Source of the DNA: Gammaproteobacteria bacterium
GTDB lineage: Bacteria > Pseudomonadota > Gammaproteobacteria > Ga0077536
Direction of reading: 5' to 3'
Length of the DNA stretch: 64,000 bases
Assembly: GCA_965216305.1 (NCBI GenBank)
Contig: OZ244144.1
Coordinates: 3,244,409 to 3,308,408 of the forward strand
Part shown: positions 20,196 to 30,035 of the stretch, piece after piece
Layout: each line of letters starts with the position of its first letter
How positions within the stretch are numbered: position 1 is the stretch's first letter
Position numbers and translations under genes: made by a program
Notes under the pieces: model-generated
The model's database searches: none
Told to the model about the DNA's origin: nothing
The model's input: the letters and a program-made list of their open reading frames with translations, nothing else

Positions 20196-21127
20196 GCGTA
20201 ATCGCCGCCACTATCGACCTTACCGCCGCCCCAGGAAGTCAAACCCGTGAGATCGCTCGTCCCGAAGACGTTGCAGCTTGATTCCGCTCGCGGGGTCAGC
20301 ATTTGCCAGGTGCCCGTGTGACTGTCACCTTCAACCAGCGAGCCGGGCGGCCATACTTTTCCGGATCCGGGCGAGCCGATCACGGGGAAATAGATGTGCG
20401 GTTGACCCACGCGGGTCACGATATCGCCAGCGCGTTGCGCGTTGAGCGCCGCGGCCTTGGGTTCGTCAGCCTGGGTCGTCCAACCCGTTCGCGGGTATAC
20501 CCCACCCCACGATTGGGCCGACCAGGTGCCCACCTCGCGCAGACCGGGGATGAGACTCGCGGGATAGAAGATCTCCGGGACTTCCTGCCGCCACGACAAG
20601 GCATCGAGGCTTGATTGAAAATACGGCAGCAACGGCGCGGTTTGCGACGGGCAGACGAGTCCGATACCGGCAGCGACTCCGGACATTGAACTCAACGGGT
20701 GACCGATGGCATCCGTCTCCCGATAAACTAGGTTCTTGTGGTCCCGGCCCGAGGTACCTTCCGTCCGGTTCCCGGCGCTGCCAACGGGAATCGGCAACAG
20801 CGCGCCCAGCAAACCCGCCGTCGCAACCTTCTGAGCGAGGCCCAGGGTCGCGCGGATCTCGGCCCAGGGATTACCCCCGATATCGTTGTAAGCGCTGACC
20901 ACGAGATCGGGATTGTAATGACCGATCTTGATCGACGTACGCACTTTGCAGCCGGAGAACGAACATCGAAGCCAGAAGCACAGACCCACAGGAGTCCATC
21001 GCATGCAGGAGATTGCAGCCGAAGTTGTCCGCGCAATGATTTGAGGCGTCGTAATCGTTCCACTGATCCCGACCGTCGGAATGAAAAACAGCAGCACGAG
21101 GATTACGGCGGACAACGGTTTTCTCAT
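20111..21127 (-). CDS. ICE mating-pair formation protein, TraU-like (PFL_4710-like).
   Basis: Begins MRKPLSAVILVLLFFIPTVG (signal peptide) followed by CMRWTPVGLCFWLRCS, typical of TraU-like proteins. The ATG at 21127 forms an ATGA overlap with the upstream stop. Confidence 0.75.
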   Translation of the reverse strand: MRKPLSAVILVLLFFIPTVGISGTITTPQIIARTTSAAISCMRWTPVGLCFWLRCSFSGCKVRTSIKIGHYNPDLVVSAYNDIGGNPWAEIRATLGLAQKVATAGLLGALLPIPVGSAGNRTEGTSGRDHKNLVYRETDAIGHPLSSMSGVAAGIGLVCPSQTAPLLPYFQSSLDALSWRQEVPEIFYPASLIPGLREVGTWSAQSWGGVYPRTGWTTQADEPKAAALNAQRAGDIVTRVGQPHIYFPVIGSPGSGKVWPPGSLVEGDSHTGTWQMLTPRAESSCNVFGTSDLTGLTSWGGGKVDSGGDYAWNLWRPYKCCRRRGQWFLFDIDWVTYP

Positions 21128-21636
21128 CGCTTGCGCTGCTCCATTTGCCACGCCTCGTAGGCCTCGACCGCTACTGACACATCGGTCACCCCGTAAACAA
21201 CGGCTTCGCCATCGAATACCACGGCCGGGGTGCGATCGATGCCGTATTGGATTGCCTTTGCCAGGCCCATGGCGGCGCCGCGCATCCGCCGGAGTTCCGG
21301 TTCTTCAAGGCGTTGAAGACGCCGCATTGCGAGGTGCCGGGATTGACCGCGGTCAGTGGGCAGGTCGTGCGATAGCTTGCGTTCTATGAATTGAAGCCCG
21401 TCGATTTCATACACGGCGACGGCATAGCCGGACATAGCGTTCGCCGCGCTTTTTGGTGCAAGCGCAACAACCGGACGTTGCGATGTCGTAAACACTTCGA
21501 GCGCAATCCGTGGCACGTCCGGTTCGGCGCTGGTGTCGGAAATGCTCAGGATCAGGGCACATAGGCAGAGGCAGAATCGCCTCGCCTGACGAGACGCGGC
21601 TCCAGGCCTTGTCGAATAACACGGCACGCTCATCAC
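21124..21636 (-). CDS. ICE periplasmic protein (PFL_4709-like).
   Basis: Signal peptide, ATGA overlaps at both ends, and a conserved position between the ATPase and the TraU-like gene. Confidence 0.65.
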   Translation of the reverse strand: MMSVPCYSTRPGAASRQARRFCLCLCALILSISDTSAEPDVPRIALEVFTTSQRPVVALAPKSAANAMSGYAVAVYEIDGLQFIERKLSHDLPTDRGQSRHLAMRRLQRLEEPELRRMRGAAMGLAKAIQYGIDRTPAVVFDGEAVVYGVTDVSVAVEAYEAWQMEQRKR

Positions 21637-24362
21637 CCGCCCCGCTTTTCAGCAATGCGCTCGGCGACGACGTGTACCGCCTCGAGCTCGGTGCAGTCCC
21701 GCTCACGCATAATGGCGGCACGCTCGGCCTTCTCGTGTTTTTCCGTCATGGCCAGCGCCAGGGACAAGGGCGGCGGTACGTTGCGGAACAATGCCTCGAG
21801 GTTGTCCGCCAGCACCACGCCTTCGACGTATTTGCCCGGCTCCTTTCTCGCCGAGAGCAACAGGCTCCGCTGCACATCGGTCAAATCCTTGAAGCGGGCG
21901 ATCTGCTCCACCTCTTCCTTGGGCATCACGAGGCACAGCCACCACTCCATCATATTGAGCATCTTGCGACTCGCGTCCGGGAAGTCCTCGAGATTCTGCG
22001 TCGCGATCCAGAACCACGCACCAAGCTTGCGCCACATCTTCGTGATCTTGACGACGTAACGGGCGAGCAAGGGGTTCGTCGTGATGATGTGTCCTTCGTC
22101 CGTGACGACCAGAGTCGGTCGCGCATCGTGCTGATGACGTTCCACGAGATCGTTGATGTGGCTCATCATCGAGATATAGGCAACGGTCAGCTGATCCTCG
22201 TAACCCTCGCGAGCGAGGATCCCCATCTCCAGAATGGTCACATCCGCAGCCGGCCAGGGCGTGCCGGGCCGATTGAAGAAATGCCCGGCGAGGCCAGAGC
22301 AGAACAGCGCCATCCCGTCACCCATTTCACTCGCGCGGGCACGCCGATGATCCGAGAGGCGTTTGTCTTGTCCAATCTGCTGCAGCGCTGCAACGACATC
22401 TTCCGTCAGCACCTGATCCCGATCTGCGGTTCTCACCGTTTTGGCCGCGAGGAAGATGGCGTTCCGGATCAACAGCCGATCGGCACGGGTCATGCGCGCG
22501 TCCTCGCGTTCGTCACCGCCGGTGATCATGATCCGGGCAGCGATCTCCATCTCGCCGAGGACATCACGTCCGGCACCGTCGTCTTCGGACACCTCATCGT
22601 CGTCGGTGAGCGCATCGGGATCGTCGCCCAGATGACGCTGGCGCTCCTTGTCCAATACGCGCAGGGCATCGCCGAATGGGGGCAAACTCACATCGGTGTT
22701 CGGATTCAACGTCACTTGGTTGACCGCCAGGCCGTGTGCCCGGAATTGCTGCCCCAATAGCGAGAATGAGCCGCCGGCCTCGATAATGAAGATCCGTGGT
22801 CGATGGATCGCGGCCATCTGCTGCAGGAGGTAGACGAGCAACGCAGACTTTCCCGCGCCCGTCGGCCCCAGGATCAGCATATGCGCGTTCTTTTTTCGAT
22901 CGGCCCGGTGTAACGGATCGAATACCAGCGGCTCGGCGCCTCGATTGAAGAAGACGAGGCCCGGATGCCCCGTTCCTTTGGAACAACCATAAAACGGCAA
23001 CAGGTTCGCCGTGTGGCTCGAGAATACGAGGCGCGATCGACGCGTGCTTTTATCCAACGCCACGTCATACGCCATCGGCAGGTTTCTTACGTAGCTATCG
23101 AGTGCGAGCAAATCCGCCTCGTGCACGATCGGTTGCAAACCATTCGGCAGCAGTAACGCGTTCAACTGGTTTACGTTCGCACGGAGATTTTTCAGATCGT
23201 CGCCCCGAACATAGAACGCAATATTGAGTGGATAGAGTTTATTGCCTTGCGCCATTTCCCGTTCGACGGCCTCGGCTGCTTCGCGCGTCAAATCCGCCTC
23301 GGCGGAGTCGCCGACTGCCGCGCGCTTGACCTGGGCGATGTGGTTGCGGGTCACGTCCTGCGGCCTGACGGTCAACGTAAGCACCATGACGGTATCTGGC
23401 GGGAAGCGATCGAAAAGCGAGTAGACATGGTCCCCGGCTTCGCGCTCTGCGGTCATGTGTCCGATCGTTGGTGCGCGACGCAGCCCTTGCACGGAGACAA
23501 TCGTGTGCGGCAGGTCATCGAACCACCAGGTCGCGGAATCGTTATCCGATCGGGGCGTGCTCAACGTTAAGCACTCGGCCAGATCGTGGCCGAACGGCAA
23601 TGCGTCGTCACCGGGATACGGCGCAAGGACCAGCAGTTTGTCGGGATCAGCACTGGCAACGTCCGGCTTCGGATTGAACCATTTCAGGAGCCAGGCATAA
23701 AAATCCGCACCGGTCCCGCGGCGCACCCGGATCCCGGCCGATGCCAGAGACGCCACCCACTTCGTTGCGACGTCGTTCAATGCTTCCTCGATTTCCACGG
23801 CCGAGGGTGTCCGGCCACCGGTTGGTATACGGCGGTACAACGTCGCACGCACGCGGCGGATCCGTCCCTGCCATCGCGTGCCCGTCACGGCGGTGTCTTC
23901 GAATAAACCGCCCGGCCGGGTTATCCGTGCCAGATGTTCCGCCATCATGTCCTGAAAGACGCCGGTGTATTCCGAGCCGGCCTTGTTGGACTTCGCATAG
24001 GCTGCCAACCCGGCGCTAAGGTCATGAAGACTCGGCTCGTCCTGCACGTACACCTGCACGACCCACGGCGCGCCATCGTCTTCCGGGATCGCGTCGGTGA
24101 GGCCTGTTTGGATCGCGTCGCGCAGTTGCGTCATGAATGCTGTGGTACGCGCTTCCGTGCCGACCGGGGTCAGTTCAAACAAGGCACCGACGCTCACCCC
24201 GTCTTCGAGTAGAAACGATCGACTCACCGGGTTGTATTCCATCCAAGGCAGCAGATCGGTGAACGACCGGGGTCGATCGTAGAGTTGCTTGAATTGCCGC
24301 GTGGTGACGGGTGTGTCTTCCGATTGCCCGACGGATTCGGGATGCGTCCGGTTCAACTTCAT
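21633..24362 (-). CDS. Conjugative transfer ATPase (VirB4/TraC-like, PFL_4706 class).
   Basis: 909 aa. Walker A is LILGPTGAGKSALL and Walker B-like is PTLVVTDEGH. Its size and position are typical of the ICE T4SS ATPase. Confidence 0.9.
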   Translation of the reverse strand: MKLNRTHPESVGQSEDTPVTTRQFKQLYDRPRSFTDLLPWMEYNPVSRSFLLEDGVSVGALFELTPVGTEARTTAFMTQLRDAIQTGLTDAIPEDDGAPWVVQVYVQDEPSLHDLSAGLAAYAKSNKAGSEYTGVFQDMMAEHLARITRPGGLFEDTAVTGTRWQGRIRRVRATLYRRIPTGGRTPSAVEIEEALNDVATKWVASLASAGIRVRRGTGADFYAWLLKWFNPKPDVASADPDKLLVLAPYPGDDALPFGHDLAECLTLSTPRSDNDSATWWFDDLPHTIVSVQGLRRAPTIGHMTAEREAGDHVYSLFDRFPPDTVMVLTLTVRPQDVTRNHIAQVKRAAVGDSAEADLTREAAEAVEREMAQGNKLYPLNIAFYVRGDDLKNLRANVNQLNALLLPNGLQPIVHEADLLALDSYVRNLPMAYDVALDKSTRRSRLVFSSHTANLLPFYGCSKGTGHPGLVFFNRGAEPLVFDPLHRADRKKNAHMLILGPTGAGKSALLVYLLQQMAAIHRPRIFIIEAGGSFSLLGQQFRAHGLAVNQVTLNPNTDVSLPPFGDALRVLDKERQRHLGDDPDALTDDDEVSEDDGAGRDVLGEMEIAARIMITGGDEREDARMTRADRLLIRNAIFLAAKTVRTADRDQVLTEDVVAALQQIGQDKRLSDHRRARASEMGDGMALFCSGLAGHFFNRPGTPWPAADVTILEMGILAREGYEDQLTVAYISMMSHINDLVERHQHDARPTLVVTDEGHIITTNPLLARYVVKITKMWRKLGAWFWIATQNLEDFPDASRKMLNMMEWWLCLVMPKEEVEQIARFKDLTDVQRSLLLSARKEPGKYVEGVVLADNLEALFRNVPPPLSLALAMTEKHEKAERAAIMRERDCTELEAVHVVAERIAEKRGG

Positions 24363-24781
24363 TTGTGCTCGCCGCGCCGGGTTGTCGGCACTTCTCCCGG
24401 CACGGCGTATTCCACTTGCTCGTAAAGCGTGAACGCCGTTGCGTAACCCGGTACCGGCGCGCGCAACGCGCCGGCCAGGTGCGGAAACACGTACATCACG
24501 AGCGTCGGATTCGGAAGCCTCGGAAAGAGGACATCGATCTCGTTGAATGCGTCACGCGTGTAACCGTACAGATCGCGCTCTCCTGATTGGATTGGGCGCG
24601 GGCCCAGGGACTGCCGGATCACTTCGGGCTTTTCGGCGTTCACTTGCCGGATATGCCGCGAGTAGATCATCGCCATCGTCGGCCCGTCCTGCGGCAACAC
24701 CGAATCCTTCGATCCGGCGCAGCCCGCGAGGGTGAGACTAATCAAGCCGAGCGTGATGCGTCGGATCAGTGGATTGTTCAT
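24359..24781 (-). CDS. Conjugative transfer region lipoprotein.
   Basis: From the ATG at 24781 the protein begins MNNPLIRRITLGLISLTLAGCAGS, a lipobox (LAGC). AGGAAA lies 8 nt upstream. The longer ORF-track extension overlaps the upstream gene. Confidence 0.7.
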   Translation of the reverse strand: MNNPLIRRITLGLISLTLAGCAGSKDSVLPQDGPTMAMIYSRHIRQVNAEKPEVIRQSLGPRPIQSGERDLYGYTRDAFNEIDVLFPRLPNPTLVMYVFPHLAGALRAPVPGYATAFTLYEQVEYAVPGEVPTTRRGEHK

Positions 24782-26132
24782 GCTTAAGTTTCCTGCCGGT
24801 TGTTTCGAAATCGATGGGGAGTTCGAGATCAACGTGGATGGCGACGGGAATGCCGGCCGGCACGAAAATCGCGTCAAAGCTCTGCGCCTGACGTTCGAGT
24901 AGCCATTTCGAGATCTCATCGGTGCCACCGGAGAACGTCTTGCCGAGCACGTACCGGCTCGAATCACCCGTCACGCTGTTCGTCACCCCGCCGGCGTCGG
25001 TTACGACCGAGGTTGTCTCGGCATTCGCCGCGGCTTCCGCCGCCGCCTGGATCGCCATTACGCCGATGCGCTGAGTCAGGAATGCCGGCGCGTTCGTTTT
25101 GCGCTCACCGGTGATGCAGGGGATCCCCCGCTCATCCGAGATCCAGCCGAGTGATTTGTCGGCGCCGCCTTGCTGGTTCTCGCGATCATCACCCGAGATC
25201 GTCCGGATCGTGCCGTCGTCAAAGACGAACGTGACCGAATCGAGGCGGCCCGTAACGCAGGACAGCGTCCAGTCACCGATCGCAGTCCCGCTCCAGACCA
25301 TGCCCTGGACCCCGGGCACACTCAGCCCGTTCGCGGCGAGATTCTCTGCACCCGTGATGATTTTGAACGGCATCGGATCGCGCACCTGGCCCTGCACCGG
25401 GATCCGCCCCACGAGCGCCGTCATGGCGGTTGAGCCAATCAACGTGGCGTTGCGCGGTACGGTATAGACGGGTCGTTCAGAAATTGCAGCATCAAAGAGA
25501 TTGCGTGTTGGATCAGACACGGCGTCGAACGTGTCACGCGTCGACTGCCCGGCGCGGCCCAACAGTCCATCGGGTTCCCCCAACGTCGCGGTGGTTTCCG
25601 CGCCGTCGAGGGGTTCAACCCAGATCACGTTGTCGGGCGACACCCCACTGGTCCAATCATCGAAACCCAACCCGACGGTTAGATCGCTCGGTCCCTGGGC
25701 CAACCGACTTTCGGTGAGCGCCTGCGACAGCGCGTCGACCCGCGCCGTCAACGATGACAGCACACCGGGTTCAAGTTGATCGCGGGCGCCATGATCGTTT
25801 TGGCGGGCAAGCAGTTTGCGCTGGACCCGGACCGCGACGTTCTCCTCGATCTGCTCCCGGTTCGCCAGCAGCTCGCGATTCTCCGTGTGTAATTGATCGT
25901 TGTTCTTCCGCAAGGCCTGCACCTCCGCGGTCATCGCGGCCACGTTCGCGGTCAGGGTTTTTATCGTGTCTGCAGGGCTGTCCGCGTCCGGCGAGGGTGC
26001 CTTCGGTACGGACTTGAGCGACTCCGACGCCAGGCGCTCGTCTGAACAGGATTTGAACGTCACGAATGCGAGGATTAACAGCACGCTGCCGGCGAGGATC
26101 GGCAGCAGTCGATTGGCGGTTGCGACGGGCAT
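24738..26132 (-). CDS. ICE mating-pair formation protein (PFL_4705-like, VirB10-like topology).
   Basis: An N-terminal TM helix, a coiled-coil segment (TLTANVAAMTAEVQALRKNNDQLHTENRELL) and a beta-rich C-terminal domain, in the conserved operon position. Confidence 0.7.
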   Translation of the reverse strand: MPVATANRLLPILAGSVLLILAFVTFKSCSDERLASESLKSVPKAPSPDADSPADTIKTLTANVAAMTAEVQALRKNNDQLHTENRELLANREQIEENVAVRVQRKLLARQNDHGARDQLEPGVLSSLTARVDALSQALTESRLAQGPSDLTVGLGFDDWTSGVSPDNVIWVEPLDGAETTATLGEPDGLLGRAGQSTRDTFDAVSDPTRNLFDAAISERPVYTVPRNATLIGSTAMTALVGRIPVQGQVRDPMPFKIITGAENLAANGLSVPGVQGMVWSGTAIGDWTLSCVTGRLDSVTFVFDDGTIRTISGDDRENQQGGADKSLGWISDERGIPCITGERKTNAPAFLTQRIGVMAIQAAAEAAANAETTSVVTDAGGVTNSVTGDSSRYVLGKTFSGGTDEISKWLLERQAQSFDAIFVPAGIPVAIHVDLELPIDFETTGRKLKHEQSTDPTHHARLD

Positions 26133-26140
26133 TGGTCGGC

Positions 26141-26938
26141 CTACCGTGCGACGTCGAACGGTCGTTTTGAGATGAGGTAAACCGCTGTGGTGTCGGCCTC
26201 ATCACCCTTCGGCAGCAACCGATGATGTTGAAACGTCGCGGTCACCCACTCTCCCCTGAGTTCCCTCGGGTCCAGGGTCTGGGCTTCCGGCGTTCGATTG
26301 GAAAGTTTCACGGCGGTGACATAGAACCCGTTCCCGCGCCAACCGACGAGGGGTACGGCTTCAACGGCGCCGCCATGGACCAAATCGAATGGCTCGTGCT
26401 CGATTGGAACGCGAACGACACCGGGTATCGAACTCGCCAGGCGTGATGGCGCGTAGAGTTGTCGGGCGGCGAATCGCGTAAGTTCGATGTATCCAGTTCG
26501 CCTTGGTGTCGGCTCATTACCGTTACGCGTCAGACCGTCGGCGTTTTCCGTCTGTTCGGCCACGAATATTCTGATCGGATCACCGGGCGCGCCCTTCTCC
26601 GCTGCCGTTAAATCAAAGAGGTAGATCCGACCGCTGCCAATCTCCCGAACCATGAGTCGACTGGCATCGAACGGCGCATTGGCCAATAGATAAACGGCCC
26701 CGTTTACGCTCTGCGTTCGGAGCAACGGTTGGATCGAACCCGGCACACCAACCTTGACCGCCGCGGGGAATTCGATCCGCTGTTCTTCGCCGACAACCAG
26801 CGGTACCTCGATAGGGACCTTCTGCCATTCGATCCGCTGAAGCGTGGCGGGCGCGGCGTAAACGAAAGAATGAAAGGCCAGTAGCGCAACCGAGAGACAA
26901 ACTGCGCTGAAGGCTCGGAAGGGATACGCTTCGTCCAT
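26141..26938 (-). CDS. ICE periplasmic protein (PFL_4704-like, VirB9-like position).
   Basis: From the ATG at 26938 the protein begins MDEAYPFRAFSAVCLSVALLAFHSFVYA (signal peptide). Conserved operon position. Confidence 0.65.
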   Translation of the reverse strand: MDEAYPFRAFSAVCLSVALLAFHSFVYAAPATLQRIEWQKVPIEVPLVVGEEQRIEFPAAVKVGVPGSIQPLLRTQSVNGAVYLLANAPFDASRLMVREIGSGRIYLFDLTAAEKGAPGDPIRIFVAEQTENADGLTRNGNEPTPRRTGYIELTRFAARQLYAPSRLASSIPGVVRVPIEHEPFDLVHGGAVEAVPLVGWRGNGFYVTAVKLSNRTPEAQTLDPRELRGEWVTATFQHHRLLPKGDEADTTAVYLISKRPFDVAR

Positions 26939-26957
26939 AACCGATCTCCGTTTGCGG

Positions 26958-27605
26958 CTATTGCGTTGCATCGGCGACCAGATCCGACTCATCCAGCCGG
27001 CGAGGACCCTCGGCAGCAAAACCGTCGAGCGCCAAACCCCACGGGTTTGCTTTCGCATCCACCGCCAGACGCACAACCCGTAGTGGATAACGGATGGCCG
27101 TCTTCTTTACCGTCATGCCTTTCACGGACTCGAGCAGGTCCAGGTCCAACCACACCACCCACACGCCCGGTGCCAGCACGTCTACCCGGCGCTCTTCGTA
27201 ACCGTGTCCGGCAATCTCGTGCACCCCACGCACCCGGTAGCTCAGCTCTCCCTGGCGACCTTTAAGCTCCATATCCGCAATCAGATCCGCGCGGTATCGG
27301 GGTGTGACATAAGGTGAGATCCGGAAAATGGCTTTGCCGTAGTCCTTGGCACCGTCCTCAGGCCAGCGGTTCAGTTGCTGAAACAGGTAGAACGCGAACG
27401 CATAAACATTCGCCGCCGGCACTTCGTCGACCGACAGCGTCGCGCCGGAACGAAGATCGGGCGGTACATGCACCGTCAATTGCTTGGGTGCCTGACTCCA
27501 GCCGAACCAGAGCACCGCAATAACGATGAACTGCAGTCCGATCACGACCCACAACGAACGCAGGTGAGCGCGGACGTTATCGATCTCGGTCCGGTAACGT
27601 CGCAA
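26958..27605 (-). CDS. ICE membrane protein (PFL_4703-like).
   Basis: A single N-terminal TM helix (LWVVIGLQFIVIAVLWFGW) and a conserved operon position. Confidence 0.65.
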   Translation of the reverse strand: MRRYRTEIDNVRAHLRSLWVVIGLQFIVIAVLWFGWSQAPKQLTVHVPPDLRSGATLSVDEVPAANVYAFAFYLFQQLNRWPEDGAKDYGKAIFRISPYVTPRYRADLIADMELKGRQGELSYRVRGVHEIAGHGYEERRVDVLAPGVWVVWLDLDLLESVKGMTVKKTAIRYPLRVVRLAVDAKANPWGLALDGFAAEGPRRLDESDLVADATQ

Positions 27606-27957
27606 CGCGAGTCCTCCCGATGTCCCACGTGCCGCTGCGCCTGATAAAGCGCGCCGGCCGAATGCCGAAATCAGCGAGCCAGATATGAACCCGCTGTTGG
27701 TAGTAACCGTCAGGACGACCGCGTTTCAGCCGTTGCAGGAGACCGGCCATCACAATCACCGTCCCAACGACCCCGACCCCGGCCAAACCGAACCCCATCG
27801 TGACCGCGCCCATCAGACCCGCAAGGACGAGGCTGACGGGCAACCAGACGAGCGCGGCCACAACGACGATGACGCCAAGCTCCGAGGAGGAACAGCCTTT
27901 GAAAATGGTCGGCTCCACATTGAGACGGTCGGCCAGAATGTCGTCGCGCTCGGTCAT
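27577..27957 (-). CDS. ICE membrane protein (PFL_4702/4701-like).
   Basis: Two hydrophobic helices and a conserved operon position. Confidence 0.6.
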   Translation of the reverse strand: MTERDDILADRLNVEPTIFKGCSSSELGVIVVVAALVWLPVSLVLAGLMGAVTMGFGLAGVGVVGTVIVMAGLLQRLKRGRPDGYYQQRVHIWLADFGIRPARFIRRSGTWDIGRTRVATLPDRDR

Positions 27958-27960
27958 CGA

Positions 27961-28311
27961 TTAGATAACGCCGGCGGCTTCGGTGAGCAGGAAGCTCGCA
28001 AAGATGAGTACGACCGCCCCGACAATTCCCAGGACCCCAACCTCGGCCCACTCGGCCTTGCCCTGTCGGGCCTCGTTGAACTTCGCGAATCCGAGATAGG
28101 CGACCCACAGGAAGCCGATCACAGCGATCGCCAATCCGAGGACCAGCCCACCGTCCTTGATGTAACCCTTGATGAGTCCAATCCAGTCGCCTGCCGCCGG
28201 TGCCGTACTGGGCGCGACGGGCGTCGGTAACGCAGCCCATACCGATTGCACAGTAGACATTGCAAGCAAACCGCCTCCCGTCGCCGCTCGTTTCATGCTT
28301 TTCTGCAACAT
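27961..28311 (-). CDS. ICE membrane protein, candidate conjugative pilin-like subunit.
   Basis: From the ATG at 28311 the protein begins MLQKSMKRAATGGGLLAMSTVQSVWA (signal peptide), followed by two TM helices. The ORF-track N-terminal extension is Cys/Arg-rich and implausible. Confidence 0.6.
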   Translation of the reverse strand: MLQKSMKRAATGGGLLAMSTVQSVWAALPTPVAPSTAPAAGDWIGLIKGYIKDGGLVLGLAIAVIGFLWVAYLGFAKFNEARQGKAEWAEVGVLGIVGAVVLIFASFLLTEAAGVI

Positions 28312-28393
28312 TGTTTTCTCTCCGAGATAACGGGGTTTCCCGTTGTTATGAAAATCGGGGTGCCCCGAGTCAACGCGACAGCAACCGATGGCC

Positions 28394-28624
28394 CTACCGC
28401 AGATAAAATCCCAGCACCATGAGCACGATGCTCGCGCGCAACGTGCTCCAGACCACGTCGAACAACACGATCTGACCGTTTTGCCACGCGCGAAATGTGC
28501 CAAGGCTTACCCAGATCAACCAGACGAAAACGAGCACCAGAATGACCGACGCAATCGCCGTCAGCAGCTTCTCCGGGGAAACGCCGGAACCCGCCTGGAA
28601 TGCTACGTTCTGAGCTGCGGTCAT
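28394..28624 (-). CDS. Small ICE membrane protein (76 aa).
   Basis: Two TM helices and a conserved position near the start of the mating-pair operon. Confidence 0.55.
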   Translation of the reverse strand: MTAAQNVAFQAGSGVSPEKLLTAIASVILVLVFVWLIWVSLGTFRAWQNGQIVLFDVVWSTLRASIVLMVLGFYLR

Positions 28625-28633
28625 GAGTTAACA

Positions 28634-28936
28634 TCACCGACGGTAATCACCGCGAAGCGGCGGAAACGTTCGAGGCTGTGACCGTGGCGCATCGATGTGT
28701 GCTTCGATTCCGAGCCGGACCTGCTTCAGATCCTGGCGCAACCAGTCGTAGTTGAATTTGATCCGGGCATCGGGATCAGCTTGAGACCGGGCTTTCTCGA
28801 TCAGCGGTTCGATCGCGACCAACTCATGAGTGATTCGCGCGAGCATCGCGCGCTCGCCGTCCGTGTCGGCTAGCGAGAATTCGATAGGAATGAGGCCTGC
28901 CAGCAGGCCTGGAATAAGCAAGGGTGCCTTACGCAT
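28634..28936 (-). CDS. RAQPRD-family ICE protein (first gene of the mating-pair operon).
   Basis: Signal peptide MRKAPLLIPGLLAGL and the motif DAPRSQPRTFPPLRGDY, a RAQPRD-like signature. Confidence 0.65.
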   Translation of the reverse strand: MRKAPLLIPGLLAGLIPIEFSLADTDGERAMLARITHELVAIEPLIEKARSQADPDARIKFNYDWLRQDLKQVRLGIEAHIDAPRSQPRTFPPLRGDYRR

Positions 28937-29408
28937 CGATGCCTCCCTGGATTGAACACGACGCGCATGATGTGCGACGACGGGAGGGCTATCTATGGAA
29001 AATCAATTCAGACTTGTGAGGGGTTATGTTTGAGCTCTGGAGCGAAAATGGGGAACTTGTGTTATCGAGGACGATTCATCTGCCTCCGCTTACGCCGACG
29101 GGCAAACATTCAACTTTGCTAAAAGCGGTATCTAAATTCGCATTAGTCTACGTTACTCAAATTAGATCGGTTTTCAGAGCACCAAACCACTTACAAAGAC
29201 GCTCCCTCAGTATGGGGGCTGTTAACCGAGAAAATTTCTTTGAAAATTCGACGGGGCGGACAGTATCGAAAAAAGAAACTCTCAAGCGCCTACCACGACT
29301 ATTACGAGTAAAATTTAACGTTAGCGCAAATAATACCGTCAATAATTTTACTTCTTTTGATCGATGCACAATGGCACCTGCCCGGAACTCTGGCCGAAGA
29401 GGGTAATG

Positions 29409-30023
29409 TCACCCAAGCGTTTTCTGAATATTCTGTCTCGCCGAGTCCGACAAGCCTCCGAGCTTTGCCAAATTATATCGCCGTTTAATATTTTTGCGGC
29501 CGAATACAGCCAGTAATGCAGTCCATAGCAATTCGCAAGATGACTCGATTCCCAACGGAATGGTTGGCCATGAGTCCTCAAACCCGAGGGGCAATGAGAA
29601 ACTTGTTTCCGTTTTGTCTCTGAGCGATTGACAGAATTGGATGTGATAGAAGTCGTGTTCCCCATCGCTCTGACTCGCGTCAAATTCGTAACATGACGGC
29701 GTTTCGAATCGCATTGCGGATTTATTTCGATCATCCCCAGCCGTGAAGATAGTTACAATTTGGGCGACGACTTCCCCTCTGGTGTTTGTCCTTGCTCGGA
29801 AAACGAACTGTACAGATCTATTCCCTTCACGATACGCAAGGACGTGCTGCCTCGATATTCCCATTTTCGGCGATGATCGAGCACTATCTATGATACTTTC
29901 GCTAACCCTCGGGAACCTCCAATCCATCGCATTTATGGACTCTCCAAAACTGTCAATATCTCTCCCTAAATCGTCCTGAACGGCGGTTAATAGTTCAAGG
30001 AAATCGTCCCAGTCGTTAGCCAT
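29409..30023 (-). CDS. Hypothetical protein (204 aa), last gene of the MTase/GHKL cargo operon.
   Basis: The ATG lies 12 nt after the upstream stop and is preceded by GGGGAG. AT-rich codon usage matches the three upstream genes. No motifs recognised. Confidence 0.65.
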   Translation of the reverse strand: MANDWDDFLELLTAVQDDLGRDIDSFGESINAMDWRFPRVSESIIDSARSSPKMGISRQHVLAYREGNRSVQFVFRARTNTRGEVVAQIVTIFTAGDDRNKSAMRFETPSCYEFDASQSDGEHDFYHIQFCQSLRDKTETSFSLPLGFEDSWPTIPLGIESSCELLWTALLAVFGRKNIKRRYNLAKLGGLSDSARQNIQKTLG

Positions 30024-30035
30024 TAGCTCCCCACG

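Noticed and set aside
21510-22760. A 416-aa plus-strand ORF (and several 60-130-aa ORFs) antisense to the conjugative ATPase gene.
   Set aside because: It lies entirely inside the strongly supported 909-aa ATPase gene on the other strand. Its Arg/Gly/His-rich composition is typical of antisense frames in GC-rich DNA. It has no RBS or motifs.
24782-24967. Long N-terminal extensions in the ORF track for several ICE genes (for example 24359-24967, 26141-27076, 27961-28503, 38763-39662, 44122-44745 and 18392-18967).
   Set aside because: The extensions overlap upstream genes and are Arg/Cys/Ser-rich. They precede internal ATGs that are followed by clean signal peptides or lipoboxes, and in two cases by good Shine-Dalgarno sequences. 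The shorter starts were used.
29026-29406. A 126-aa plus-strand ORF in the AT-rich spacer downstream of the cargo operon.
   Set aside because: There is no convincing RBS, and the sequence is low-complexity and basic (RLPRLLRVKFNVSANNTVNNF). It may be non-coding spacer. I cannot exclude a small gene, but it is not supportable.
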